A stretch of 64,000 bases of DNA. It comes from Sminthopsis crassicaudata (Eukaryota). Below the pieces are notes generated by a model, which saw only the letters and a program-made list of their open reading frames with translations, had not been told where the DNA came from and did no database searches. The position numbers and the translations under genes were made by a program. This document shows, one piece after another, positions 36,409 to 47,461 of the stretch. The DNA lies in the NCBI RefSeq assembly GCF_048593235.1, contig NC_133621.1, forward strand, positions 219,873,238 to 219,937,237, in the 5' to 3' direction. Each line of letters starts with the position of its first letter. Positions within the stretch are counted from its first letter, which is position 1.

Positions 36409-37249
36409 TTTGTCAGAGCAGGAATCAAAGAAAACAAACTGACAAGAGAAACAATTGGTCTGTTTTGGGGGGGATGGGGCTGGATGGTGTTAATGGGCTT
36501 CCTCTACAGACTGGGGGTAGGGCAGCAGAGAGCCACTAACAGAACAGCAATGACTGTACTGAGTCTGCGCTCTGAGGCTCTGAGAACGCACCGAGTCAGT
36601 CCAGGTGGGGGTTGGGGTTGGCCGGGTTCTGAGAGATGCTGGCTTTCTGGGGTTTTAATCTTCACCTCGGTGTTTACACCCTCTCCACCGCTCCTGGCTT
36701 GCTGCCAAGACGGAGCATCCACACTGGGGCCAAAGCCCTTTCACAGAAACGGCAGAGATCACACCCCTCCCCCTCTGGTCTGAGCTGTGTGAGCTGCCTG
36801 TCTTGCTCTGGCTGTCTGCCCTCAGTCTGCGCCCAGTCTGATTGACCCTCCCCCGAACAAACACAGACCTTTTCTGGCGACTTTCAAGGATGTCTTCTCT
36901 TGGTAATAATTTGTGGATTTCTTTCTGGGTCAAGCATTAAGTCAGAGGCTTGTCATGAAGTAAGTTCTGAGAGAAAACGAGGAGCTCAAGCAGCTGTCTG
37001 CCTCCACGCCGCCATCTTGGCCGGAAGTCCCCCGCCACTGAGCTCGTCTCAGGTGCCAAAGTGCCTGGTACTGGTTCTATTCCAGTTGGATTTATAAAGC
37101 AGGGAGTCCACTGTTCATACAAAAGCTGACTGAAATTTTCTAAAGCATATGACTAGAAGAGATTATCTTTCAGGAGTTCAAGGATGTCTTCATTATCCAT
37201 TTCTATAAAGGTAAAGGAAATATATTGTCCTGTGACAATCTCAAGGGAG

Positions 37250-37390
37250 TCTCTCTCTGTCTCTGTCTCTATCTCTGTCTCTCTCTGGTTCTCTCTGTCT
37301 CTGTCTCTCTCTGTCTACCCCTCCCCTGGCCTGTCTCTCTGTCTCTTCCATCTCCTTTATACCTATTTCTATCTTGTATGTGTCTCTGAG
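37250..37390. repeat. (CT/CTGT)n low-complexity repeat
   Basis: GTCTCTCTCTGTCTCTGTCTCT... tract. Confidence 0.7.
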
Positions 37391-38061
37391 ACAACACTTT
37401 AGGCAATTACTCTCACCTGTGCTTCATTTTATTTTCTCTCTGTCCTTTCAAGGTGGACAAGCTCCTGGTGGGTTTAATAACCTCAGTCACTGAAAGGATG
37501 AGAACAAGAAATCTTGGAGAAAAGGGCTAAGATTTGCTTTGGTATATAAACTGTAGTTAACATAATCTCCACAAGAGGGAGACATATCCTTTCCTTCCCT
37601 AAATAACACTCTGGAAATACCAGTAACATTCTATTAAAAATGGGAGATACTGAGGAATTAGCATCAAAAGCTTTTATCTTTCTACTGGCAGAAGGTAAAG
37701 ATTCATCAGTCGAATCCATAAGTCATTTGTACAATCTAGAAATCTGAAGAGTTCAATGAAATTCCAAAAAAAAAAGTGGCAGGAGGGGAGATAATCATCT
37801 TGCTTTATTATGATTAAGAAAAGCAGAATCTCTTTTCTTTCAGAATTGCAAGATGCTGAAAAAAAATTCATTAAATTCTGTTGCATCAAGTTTTATGAAT
37901 ATTTGAAGGAAAAATATTGAGAAGTCTTCTTAAAAGAGATCTTTAAAAAAAAATTGGGGACTCCATAATGGAAGATAACTTTGTCTCCAATATATTGAGA
38001 AGTCTTCTTAAAAGAGATCTTAAAAAAAAAATTGGGACTCCATAATGGAAGATAACTTTTG

Positions 38062-38238
38062 NNNNNNNNNNNNNNNNNNNNNNNNNNNNNNNNNNNNNNN
38101 NNNNNNNNNNNNNNNNNNNNNNNNNNNNNNNNNNNNNNNNNNNNNNNNNNNNNNNNNNNNNNNNNNNNNNNNNNNNNNNNNNNNNNNNNNNNNNNNNNNN
38201 NNNNNNNNNNNNNNNNNNNNNNNNNNNNNNNNNNNNNN
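38062..38238. other. Assembly gap (177 N)
   Basis: N run. Confidence 1.
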
Positions 38239-38589
38239 TTTTAAATTTTTCTTATAGAAACTCTCATGATTTAGACAGAATGTAAGCTCCCCGGAGGTAA
38301 GGATATTTGTTTCACTTTAGCTTCATGTAGTGATTAGAATGCTGGATGTGGAAACAGAAAAACCTGGGTTTGAATTGTCTCTTACTAGCTAGGCCTTAAT
38401 TTCCTTATCTGTAAAATGTGACAAAAATACCCACTTATAAATAAGGTTGCTGTAACATCAAACAAGATAATGTAGGTTATGCTCTTTATGAAACCCTAAG
38501 TTTTAGTAGCCATATTTGTCAAACTTATCACTATTACATTCCTATTCTCTTCTATAATTTTTTGTACATTGAAAGTAGTTAATAAATAT

Positions 38590-39050
38590 TAGTGGAATTA
38601 ATATTTTCTTTTTTCTAATTTCATATAAAGATAATTTTCAACATTGATTTTTAATAGGATTTTTTATTTCTAAATTTATCTCTCTCCCCTCCCCAAGACA
38701 GCAAGCAATTTGATATAATCATACATGTACATTAATGTAAAATTTATTTCCACATTAGTCTTGTGTCAATAGAAAAACAAACAGAGAACAAACAGGAAGC
38801 AAGAGGGAGAAAACTACAGAAATACACAAACCCCAAAGAGAAAATAGTGTGCTTTGATCTTCATTCAGACTCCATTAATTCTTTCTCTGGATGTGGGTGA
38901 CATTTTCTATTGTGATTCTTTTGGAATTGTCTTAGATCATTGGATCATAGCTGAGAAGAGCTAAATCTGTCACAGTTGATCATACAAGGTTGCTGTTACT
39001 GTGTAAAATGTTCTACTGGTTCTATTCACTTCATTTAGCATCATGAACTG
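38590..39050 (-). mobile_element. Old L1 3' end fragment
   Basis: CTTTGATCTTCATTCAGACTCCAT..TTCTTTCTCTGGATGTGG..ATTCACTTCATTTAGCATCA, reverse complement of an L1 3' UTR. Confidence 0.7.
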
Positions 39051-39898
39051 AATTTTAAAAAAATATGTAAGGTAGACAAATATCTCTTATCATTTGGCTC
39101 CAGAAATTGTATCAAGCAAAATTTTAAAGACATGATTTCACAAGGCAGATGTTTCTGTGATTATTTTTTAAGAAATTGATATTCAGTGACACCACTCAAT
39201 TATACTAGTATTTTGATCACTCTATAGAATCTTCAAATGCAAGAAAAATTGCATCAGTGTAATAGTTATAAGATAACTTTTGATGTACCAAAAAAGGTAC
39301 ACTACTGTATGCAGTTTTATGTAGCTAAATATACAAACATGCAAATATCACCATCTTATGCCCCATTAATGATTACTACATTTTTACTCGGTCTTTCTTA
39401 TGAACTTAATTTTTAAAGTTTTTTCATTTCTAAAACTTGAGGGTTAAACTATTCAACTTTTAAGGCCTAAAATTCAAGCAGGTGTTCTTTATCCAGATTT
39501 TAGATTGTAGAGGGGCTTGAATGGAAAAACAATTGTATCTTTATTTTCACTAATTTTTAGCTGTTTTTGTAATTTTTATGAATTTAAAACTATTAGCCTG
39601 AGAAGTAATCCATCAGATTGTCAAAGGGTCTTGGAGAAGAATAAAATGAAAAAAGGTTAAGTATTTCTGCTTTATTGGGCAGCAAGGTGGATAGAGTACC
39701 AGGCCTGGAGTCAAGAAGACTCATCTTCCTGAGTTCAAATTCGGCCTTAGATACTTAGTAGCTGTGTGATCCTGTACAAATCTCTCAACCCTCTCCCTTA
39801 TTTTCCACATCTGTAAAATGGGTTGGAGAAGAAAATGGCAAGCCACCCTAGTATTTCTGCCAAGAAAACCCCAAATGTGGTCATAAAGAGTCAGACAT

Positions 39899-41139
39899 TG
39901 TAATGTTCTTTTTCTCTAAATACCATCGTTCTTCTGGGGCAGATTTCTTGGGGAGTTTCTGCAGGCAACCTTCGTTTCAGTTCAGTATAATCACTCCAAA
40001 TGCAACCAGGAGTTAAAAGCCCAGATCCTTTATTGTGTCCTTCAAATATTGTCTCTTCCAAAATCTTATCTCCTTTAGTTGGGGCTCAGCTAGTTTTCTG
40101 GAGGTCTTCCTCTTTCCTTGGTTCCCGAGAACTCTTGCTGCTAGTTCTTTGTCCCTCCCAGCTTCAGCCTCTAGCTCCCTCTGAATCCAAAACCTCCAGC
40201 CAGCACAAAGGTCAAAAATGGAATGAATCAGATTCGGCCTCTGAGAGTGGGATTGTTTACAGTGGGCTTGTGGGAGCTCCTGGAAATCAATCCTAGTTCT
40301 GAATCTCCCAAAGTCCAAAAGCAGGTTTTTCCTTTCCTCCTTATATATCTCTGTAAAGGTGTGAAGTCTAATATGTGAACCAATAAGTGAACTCCTTTAA
40401 AGGTATGAACTAAGTACATAAGTACCTTGTAAAAATTCTAACATCTCTCCCTTTCTTTTGATTTAGAACATAGGGTGGTCATGACCTCCCTGACTTTTCA
40501 AGGAGGTGAGAACCCCCCAAAAGAAGGCTAACTGGGCCCAGGAAAAGATTCGGGACTTTAAAGGTGATGTTAGGATTCCTACAAGGTGCTAAGTCACTGG
40601 AATGAATAGAGACAATAATTATCTAATGAGCATGGTACTTAACAGTCTTCTAGTTCAGTAATATACTTACTAGAATTCCATGAGATTCACATCTTTAAGA
40701 GAGCATACTTTAAGGAGCTCCCACAAGGCCCAGGGAGTACCCACAAGCCCACTCTCTGGGGGAGGAGTCAAGATTCATTCCAACTTCCAAGTTTATGCTG
40801 GCTGGAAAGATTGGGAGGATGAGAGGCTGGAGGCTGAAGGACAAACCTTTGGATTCGGAAACATTTGGACAAGAGCTCTCGGAAGTCAAGAAGAGAAACA
40901 GGCCTCTACTAAAGCTAACTGGGCCCCAGGAAAAGATTCAGGACTTTGAAGGACACAATAAAGGATCTGGACTTTAATCCCTGACTGCATTTTGGGATTA
41001 TTGAACTGAACTGAAACTAAGACTGCCTCCAGAAGCTCCCCAAGAAACCTGCTCCAAGAGAACGATTGTAATTTAGAGAAAAAGATTACATTTTGGCGCC
41101 CCACGTTGGGTACATAAGTACCTTGTAAAAATCCTAACA
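39899..41139 (-). mobile_element. Compound ERV remnant: minus-strand provirus with a nested plus-strand LTR and PBS
   Basis: 6-bp TSD AGACAT (39893-39898 and 41140-41145). Contains a full minus LTR at 39899-40443 preceded by a PPT (40444-40459), a plus LTR at 40568-41090 with PBS at 41094-41110, and the first 30 nt of a second minus LTR at 41110-41139. Confidence 0.85.
40568..41090 (+). repeat. Complete LTR followed by a tRNA-Lys1,2-like PBS
   Basis: TGTTAGG...ATTACA, then TTT and TGGCGCCCCACGTTGGG (15/17 identical to TGGCGCCCAACGTGGGG). AATAAA at ~40957. Confidence 0.88.
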
Positions 41140-41489
41140 AGACATAACTAAAAAACAACAATAATAACAATTTCTGCTTTAGAAAATCTACTTAAAGACC
41201 ATTTTATTATTTTGAATGTCTTTTCAAGCATCTCCACTTATTTTATATTTAACCATTACTTCCAATATTTCATTTGTTTCTTGTCATATTTTGAAGGATT
41301 TTTGGTTTTCCTTGTTTGGGTACTGATTCTGGAAAATAGTAGAATGGAAAGAGCCTGGGTCTTGGGGTCAGAAGTTCTGAATATGAAATTTTTCTATGAG
41401 CTGTGTGATCATAGTTACATTATTTTTCTTTAACCTCAGTTTCTTCTTTTATAAAATGGAGATACTTTGTTAAGGGACTGGTCAATATT

Positions 41490-41975
41490 GTTCCAAGCTT
41501 CCTTTTTAGACTATGGAAGTTTCACACTGCCCTAGGGCTGGCTGGCTTCCTTCCCATGCAGAGTGAGCACGACCAAATCCCGTTTGTTATGCTGGAGTTC
41601 AAGGACTCACTATTTGCCTTCTATAATTGTGTTGGAGGTCTCACACCTAGTTTGCTTATCCACTGGCTTTTGAACCAGGACAAAATAGTCAACACTGCTG
41701 TATTTTGACTTCTAGTAGATTCCCCCAATTTGCAGAGGATTCTTTGCCCTGGGCTTCCCTGTGCTGTGCATGGGCTGGTCTGCCTCCCCTACTGCCCAAT
41801 TGAGACAGACCTTTCCTGAAGTTCTTCCAAAATATCTTTTGCTGGAAATTTGTTATAATCCAAATATTTGTGAGTTTTGATACTCTAAAATCTGTTCAGG
41901 GGCTTCATCTAGTTCTGATTCTGAGAGAAGCCAGGAAGAGCTCAAAGATCTGTCCACCCTCTACTATCTTCACTA
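41490..41975 (-). mobile_element. Old L1 5' UTR fragment (shared with ~59630-60135)
   Basis: Homologous to the paralogous segment and distantly to the young L1 5' UTR (GACCTTT..ATTTGTG..TCAGAGGCTT..GAGCTCAA). Confidence 0.65.
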
Positions 41976-42118
41976 CTGATAAGGATAACTTTGAAAAGAT
42001 TTGGAGTATAGAATTGAAAGACTTTGGGATCAAGGTTTAACATGGAATTTCAGAAAGGAGATATTAAGGTTACATACTTTATTTAGATTTTCCATCGAAG
42101 ATTAAGTCATGTCTCTCA

Positions 42119-43048
42119 TCAAATGCTCATGATTTTTCGGACCATGTCTTTGAAAGCTTGTATTACTTGCTTGTTTCTTAGAGTATAAATGAAAGGATTA
42201 AGTAAGGGGGCAACTGAGGTATTAAGTACAGCTACTCCTTTGTTGAAAGAAATACCTTCCCTTGCTGATGGTTTAACATACATGAAGATGCAACTACCAT
42301 ATGAGAGGGAGACAACGATCATGTGGGAGGAACAGGTGGAAAAGGCTTTTTTCTTTTGTTGGGCAGAGGGAAACCGAAGAATTGTCTGGATGATGTTTGT
42401 GTAGGAGAGAATCACCAGTACAAGGGTAATTGTAAGTGTTAACAGTGCTAATATAAAGTCAATTACCTCTAAGAAAGTTGTGTCTGAGCAAGAAATCTGC
42501 AGGAGAGGCCCATAGTCACAGTAATAATGGTTTAGCACATTGGATGCACAGAAATCCAGACGGCTTGTCAGGATGATAGGTGATAAAATAATTAAGAGCC
42601 CAGCCAGCCAAGAGCACAGCACAAGTTGGTTGCACACTCTAGTGTTCATGATGGTTGTGTAATGCAGAGGTTTGCAGATGGCCACATAGCGGTCATAGGA
42701 CATGGCAGCTAGAAGGTAAAACTCTGTAGCTCCCAGAAATATGGCAAAGAAGTACTGAGTGAAGCATCCCGCAAAACTGATAGTTTTGTTTCCTGTTATA
42801 AGGCTGAACAAGAGTCTGGGAGTAAAAACAGATGTGAATGAAATTTCTAAGAAGGAGAAATTTCGAAGGAAGAAATACATGGGGGTTTGAAGATGGGAGT
42901 CCAACAAGGTAAGAGTGATGATGGTCAGATTGCCAAAGATGCTGAACATATAGGTGAAAAAGAGGAAGAAGAATATTGCAACTTGGAATTCAGGGGCATC
43001 TGTCAGTCCCAGAAGGATAAACTCAGTCAGTGTGGTGAGATTTTTCAT
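42119..43048 (-). CDS. Olfactory receptor, OR6C subfamily (OR6C4/OR2AP1-like), intact, 309 aa
   Basis: Motifs [57 protein letters not shown] and [12 protein letters not shown]. Splice acceptor 17 nt before the ATG; AATAAA at 42083-42078. Confidence 0.96.
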   Translation of the reverse strand: MKNLTTLTEFILLGLTDAPEFQVAIFFFLFFTYMFSIFGNLTIITLTLLDSHLQTPMYFFLRNFSFLEISFTSVFTPRLLFSLITGNKTISFAGCFTQYFFAIFLGATEFYLLAAMSYDRYVAICKPLHYTTIMNTRVCNQLVLCSWLAGLLIILSPIILTSRLDFCASNVLNHYYCDYGPLLQISCSDTTFLEVIDFILALLTLTITLVLVILSYTNIIQTILRFPSAQQKKKAFSTCSSHMIVVSLSYGSCIFMYVKPSAREGISFNKGVAVLNTSVAPLLNPFIYTLRNKQVIQAFKDMVRKIMSI

Positions 43049-46000
43049 TGCTGCCCTTGTTGGATCTAAGGGTGAAAAAGAAAGTAATAAGTGGAATAGA
43101 TTGGAGAGGAGGAGAAAAAGTCAGACTGGGAGAGAAAAATCAGGTGAGCTATCAGAGTCATCTCATTTGTATTTCCTCTGCCCAGTAGGCTAATAGGCAG
43201 TTCCTGGAATATTCCATTTCCCTTATGAAACATGCTTTGTACAAGACAGCTTGTCCATAAGACTTTTCCATGCTATCCCTCTCTCAGCCCCTTTTCCCAG
43301 AGTGACTACTGATTTTTTGCCTTTATTTTACATAGTTATCATTTGTTCCCTCTTTTTTTCTTTTCTTTTGGAGGCATTTGGAGTTAAGTGAATTGTCCAG
43401 GGTTGTGTAGCTAGTGTCGTGAGGTCAGATTTGAATCCAGGTTCCTCTGACTACAGGACTCTATCCACTGTACCACCTAGATATCCTGTTCTTTTCATTT
43501 TTAATCCCATCACTGCACTGTGATTCTGGGGCAGCTTGTGACATGATAGGCAGAGTTTTGGGCTTTGAGTGAGGAAGATCTTGAGTTGACTTCCTGTATT
43601 ACTATTTGATAGCTCTGGTTAGGTTACTTATATTTTTTAGTTTCAGTTTCTTCATTTGTAAAATGGGGAAAATTATAGGATCTACTTCACAGAGTAACAT
43701 CACATTGGATAATATATGTAGTGTTTCGTAAGTCTGAAAGCACTAAGCAGCTGCTACTACTTCTGTTGCTGTTGCTGCTACTAATCTGTCTTCACCAAAC
43801 TCTTACATGCCTGACAGAAAGGTTTGACTTTCTTCATACCTCCGGCTCAGAGCTTTATATCTTGTCCTGTTGAGCTTTCTCTGAACTAATTGATTGGGCA
43901 ATCATCTTGATATTGCATATCTGGGTAGGAAAAATTCATCAATTTAACATCATATGCTTCTTGATTATCATCTTCTTAAAGTTAATTTTGTTCCACTCAC
44001 TTCCATCTTCCTGGATAATTTTGCCACTTAGTTTTTGTTTTTCTTTATGCTCAGATTCCTGGAGATACCCATAATGATTATCCAAATATGCTTCCTAAAC
44101 TTCATACTTTCACATACTGAAGTCCCCTGATTTTCACCCACATATATTAACTACCTACAGTCATGGTTGTACCCTGGACTTTTTGTTATTAAATGGTTAT
44201 GTTCTCATTCCAGCATTTCAATTTAGTTGTCTATATATACAATAACAACTTTCCTACCATTTTCTCTCCTACAACCTCCAATAATTAGATTGTGCATTTC
44301 ACCTAGAATATCAATGTAGAAATAATGACATTTACATTGAGCTGAGATTTGCTTTGGTTATGGCTTCTACCCTTTACTCTTTCTTCTGCCCTCTGATATC
44401 AAACAAAACAAAGCTAATTCATTCTCTGTCACCAAACTTCAAATATATGAAGGCAACTATTATATACACATGGCTTTCTTCTTCAAGTTTAACATTTGCT
44501 ATTCTATGAAACTATTCTTTACAGAGCCTGGTCTCTAGTTCTATCTTGGTCATGCTGTGGTGTTCCAATTTACCTATGTGCTTCTTAAAAATATGGTGAC
44601 AAGTATTGAATGCAAACCTCCAGATGTGGTATGACCATAGCAAACTTTTTTTCAAGTCAGAATAATATGAGTTCAGCTCCTGCTTCTATAACAAAGTGGT
44701 TGCCTGACTCTAGTTAAGTTATCTAATTTCTCAGTGTTCCAGACAACTCTTTAATGTCACATATTTTAGATAAACTATTAATCTTAATGGGAGTAGGGAT
44801 TTCCTTACCAGGGAGTTCCCTACATGATAAGTTACAGATTTGGACTAAAAGAATATTTGTTTTTTATTTCACACTCACTATGATTGTTGAAAACCATTCT
44901 CTCTTCTCCCCAATTCCACTCTGAATCTGTTTTCAGCAGATGATTTTATTTCATATTTTAGTGAGGGTATAAAAGGCCAATATCATGAGTTTCCTCACCT
45001 GTTTTTCACTTCATTATACATCTTTTTATATAACAATTCTTTAAGCCTTTTCTTCAGTCTCAGAGGAACTATTCCTTTCTAATTCTTGGGAGTTTTCACA
45101 TCCTTAGGGATTTCATATAACTTCCTTCTGTCCAGCTGATTCCTTTCGTTTTGCTTTCAAATATTCGTGATCAAAAGAATCTCGGATTTGGAAAGAACTT
45201 CAGAAGTCATCTATCCCAGACTCTATCTGATCAGGAATGCTCTTGTCTATATCTCTGACAATGTATTCCAATCTTTACACAAATCTTGAGTATAATGAGA
45301 AAAAACAATCTATTATCTATCTTTGCTTCACCCTATAGCACATTTATTTATCTTTTTTCTTTTACTGCCATATACCTCACACTGAAGAGGCTTCCATTCC
45401 CTATGAGTCAATAAAAAACTCCATCCTTCAAGTTCTTCAATAACATCTTAATGGACAAATCCAATGGCTTTAAAAAGTCCCTTAGATGCATAAGCTTCAT
45501 TTGGTCATAGATCTAAAGCTGGAAAGGACCTCAGAGATAGTCTAATTCAGTCCTTCATTTTACATGTAGTCTAGACCCAGGTAGTGGCTTTACTTAAAAC
45601 TATTTCTTCCCTTGGCTTCTAAGACAGTTCCTGAGCTTTAGTTCTTCATTACATTGTATCACTTTAAACTCAATTTATACAGTACCAAATATCCTTTGAG
45701 ATGAAAATATTTAAGATATGCTTAAAAGTCTTGTTAGATTTTTCATTTAAAAGTCATAACATTTGTCTAGAACTATAAGCAATCCTCATTAAACATGTTT
45801 TAAATATAATATTTTGGTAATTTCAATTCCTCTATAAAATGCTCTATTATAAATATTTTTGGTCCTGAACAAAACCATTTAGTAAATTGTGCACACAAGA
45901 CTAAACTAAGAACTTAAAAAGGTTAGATACTAATGCTTTACATACCTTTTCAAATAGAAAAAGGCAGTGGGATTTTAAAAAAAGTTCAAGAAACACAATT

Positions 46001-46907
46001 TCTGGGTAATTAGTCATTTTATTAATAATGCTAACATTTTAATAAAAGAGGTCAGTGGCACTTTTAAATGTCAAAGATCCTTATGGCTTCAGACTCAAGG
46101 TTTATTAGCTTTGGTAAATTGAGCATTTTAGAGGGTGGCAATCAACTCTGGTTAATAAGTAATGAGAGAAAATTAATATTATAAAGAAGAGCTAGACCTA
46201 TTCTAATGAACTTTGATGATGTCATTTACTTGTAAATTTCCCAGCCTTGAGCAATCTAATTAAAGAATTTATCCCTACCCAAACCTGTGTAGAACACAAT
46301 GGGATTAAATTCCTGGTAAATTGAATGGGATTTGATCAATATTGAGGAATGTTAATTCAATCTCATTATCAGTAATTTTTTTCTAGGTACTGAATTTTGA
46401 AATGAGGGCTATGAAAAAGGGGGAACTCTGGATCTTCCCAAGTAATTGGTTATTAATAATCATTTCTCTTAGATGTGAATCTATTGGATTGAAAAAAAGA
46501 CCACAGGTTGCAGGAAATTCTAATTTCTCTTTTTCCTGATATGGAAATGGAAAAATTAGGATTGCCTTGGAGATAGGGGTATTAGAGAAGAGATCTCACA
46601 TTTTTCTTCCATCCATGTAAGTCTCTCTTTTCTAATGAAGAGAGGGAGAAACTAACTGGCAAGAAAAGGAAATAGTATTTGCTAACAAGGAAAGTCAGCC
46701 AGAGAACCTTTGCTAAGGAATTTATAACAAGCAACTAGAAGATTTTTGATAAAGTATACCTTAAATCAGCTTAAATTTCTGGAACGTTGTGGAGAAGTGT
46801 TATCCAAAACAAGGAATCCAGGGTGAGTTAGAAAGAAGACTTTTGCTCAAGTTCTGTGAAAGAAAATCAAGATTAGATAAAGAATAATATTTATTCAACA
46901 CTCATCT

Positions 46908-47461
46908 TGATGCAAATTATGTCCCCCTTAACTTTTGGAGGGAAGCAATGGGTGTGAACTCTCCTCTGACAGAGACCCACCCTTCAGGGCAGTTAAGTGG
47001 GCTCATACAGTTGGAGATCTGGACCTGATATTCCAATTGAGTGGTTTGAAACTCTAAGATAGGCATTCTCTTTTCAACCTGAAATCTAGGCCTGGGGGCA
47101 TTGACACCATAGAGAGATTTTCATTCAATTTTGAATAGGAGCCCTAGCCTCAGACTGCCCAATAAAAGACAATTCTGAACTCCAAATCTCTGCAGAAGTC
47201 GGAAGCAGGATTATGCCTTGCCAAGGAACCTCTCTTCTTGGCACTGCTGCCTTCTGTTAAAATATTCTTTTCTCAGTGTTAACCTTTGTTATTTCTCTGA
47301 CAGGACCTTGCCACTGAGGAGTCTGTCTTCCAAGCAAAGCTGGTTTCTCAGTGATAATAGTCTTTTGCCTGAGACTTTTGGGTTTGCAAATTCTTTTGCA
47401 TCGGATCTGCCTCCACCAGAGGGAATTCCCCACCCCTCTCAATTCTCACACCACTGCATCA
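46908..47461 (+). mobile_element. Solo LTR (ERV1-like), present only in duplicate copy 1
   Basis: Absent at the paralogous site (~63187). Termini TGATGCA...TGCATCA form a 7-bp inverted repeat. 4-bp TSD ATCT/GTCT; AATAAA at 47161. Confidence 0.8.

Larger units (their letters stand above)
30511..37033 (-). mobile_element. Young full-length L1 (6.5 kb)
   Basis: 5' end GGGGGACTTCCGGCCAAGATGGCGG (YY1-like site), ~625-nt 5' UTR, ORF1, 453-nt spacer, ORF2, 3' UTR and ~65-nt poly(A). Perfect 17-bp TSD GCCACTGAGCTCGTCTC at 30494-30510 and 37034-37050. Confidence 0.97.
30150..37250 (+). mobile_element. RTE (RTE_Mdo/BovB-like) LINE fragment, split by the full-length L1 (pieces 30150-30510 and 37034-37250)
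   Basis: Translation across the insertion gives KLREMQ.SW..KKAD, LISEKDIIL.RW.EYF..VLNR.SSI, EEV.NA|..SGAKVPG, IP..IYKAG and QEFKD..IIH.YKGKGN..CDN, which is the RTE ORF upstream of RT. Confidence 0.8.

Noticed and set aside
37912-38061. ~75-bp tandem duplication next to the gap
   Set aside because: It sits at a contig end and the copies differ mainly in homopolymer lengths, so it is most likely an assembly overlap artifact.
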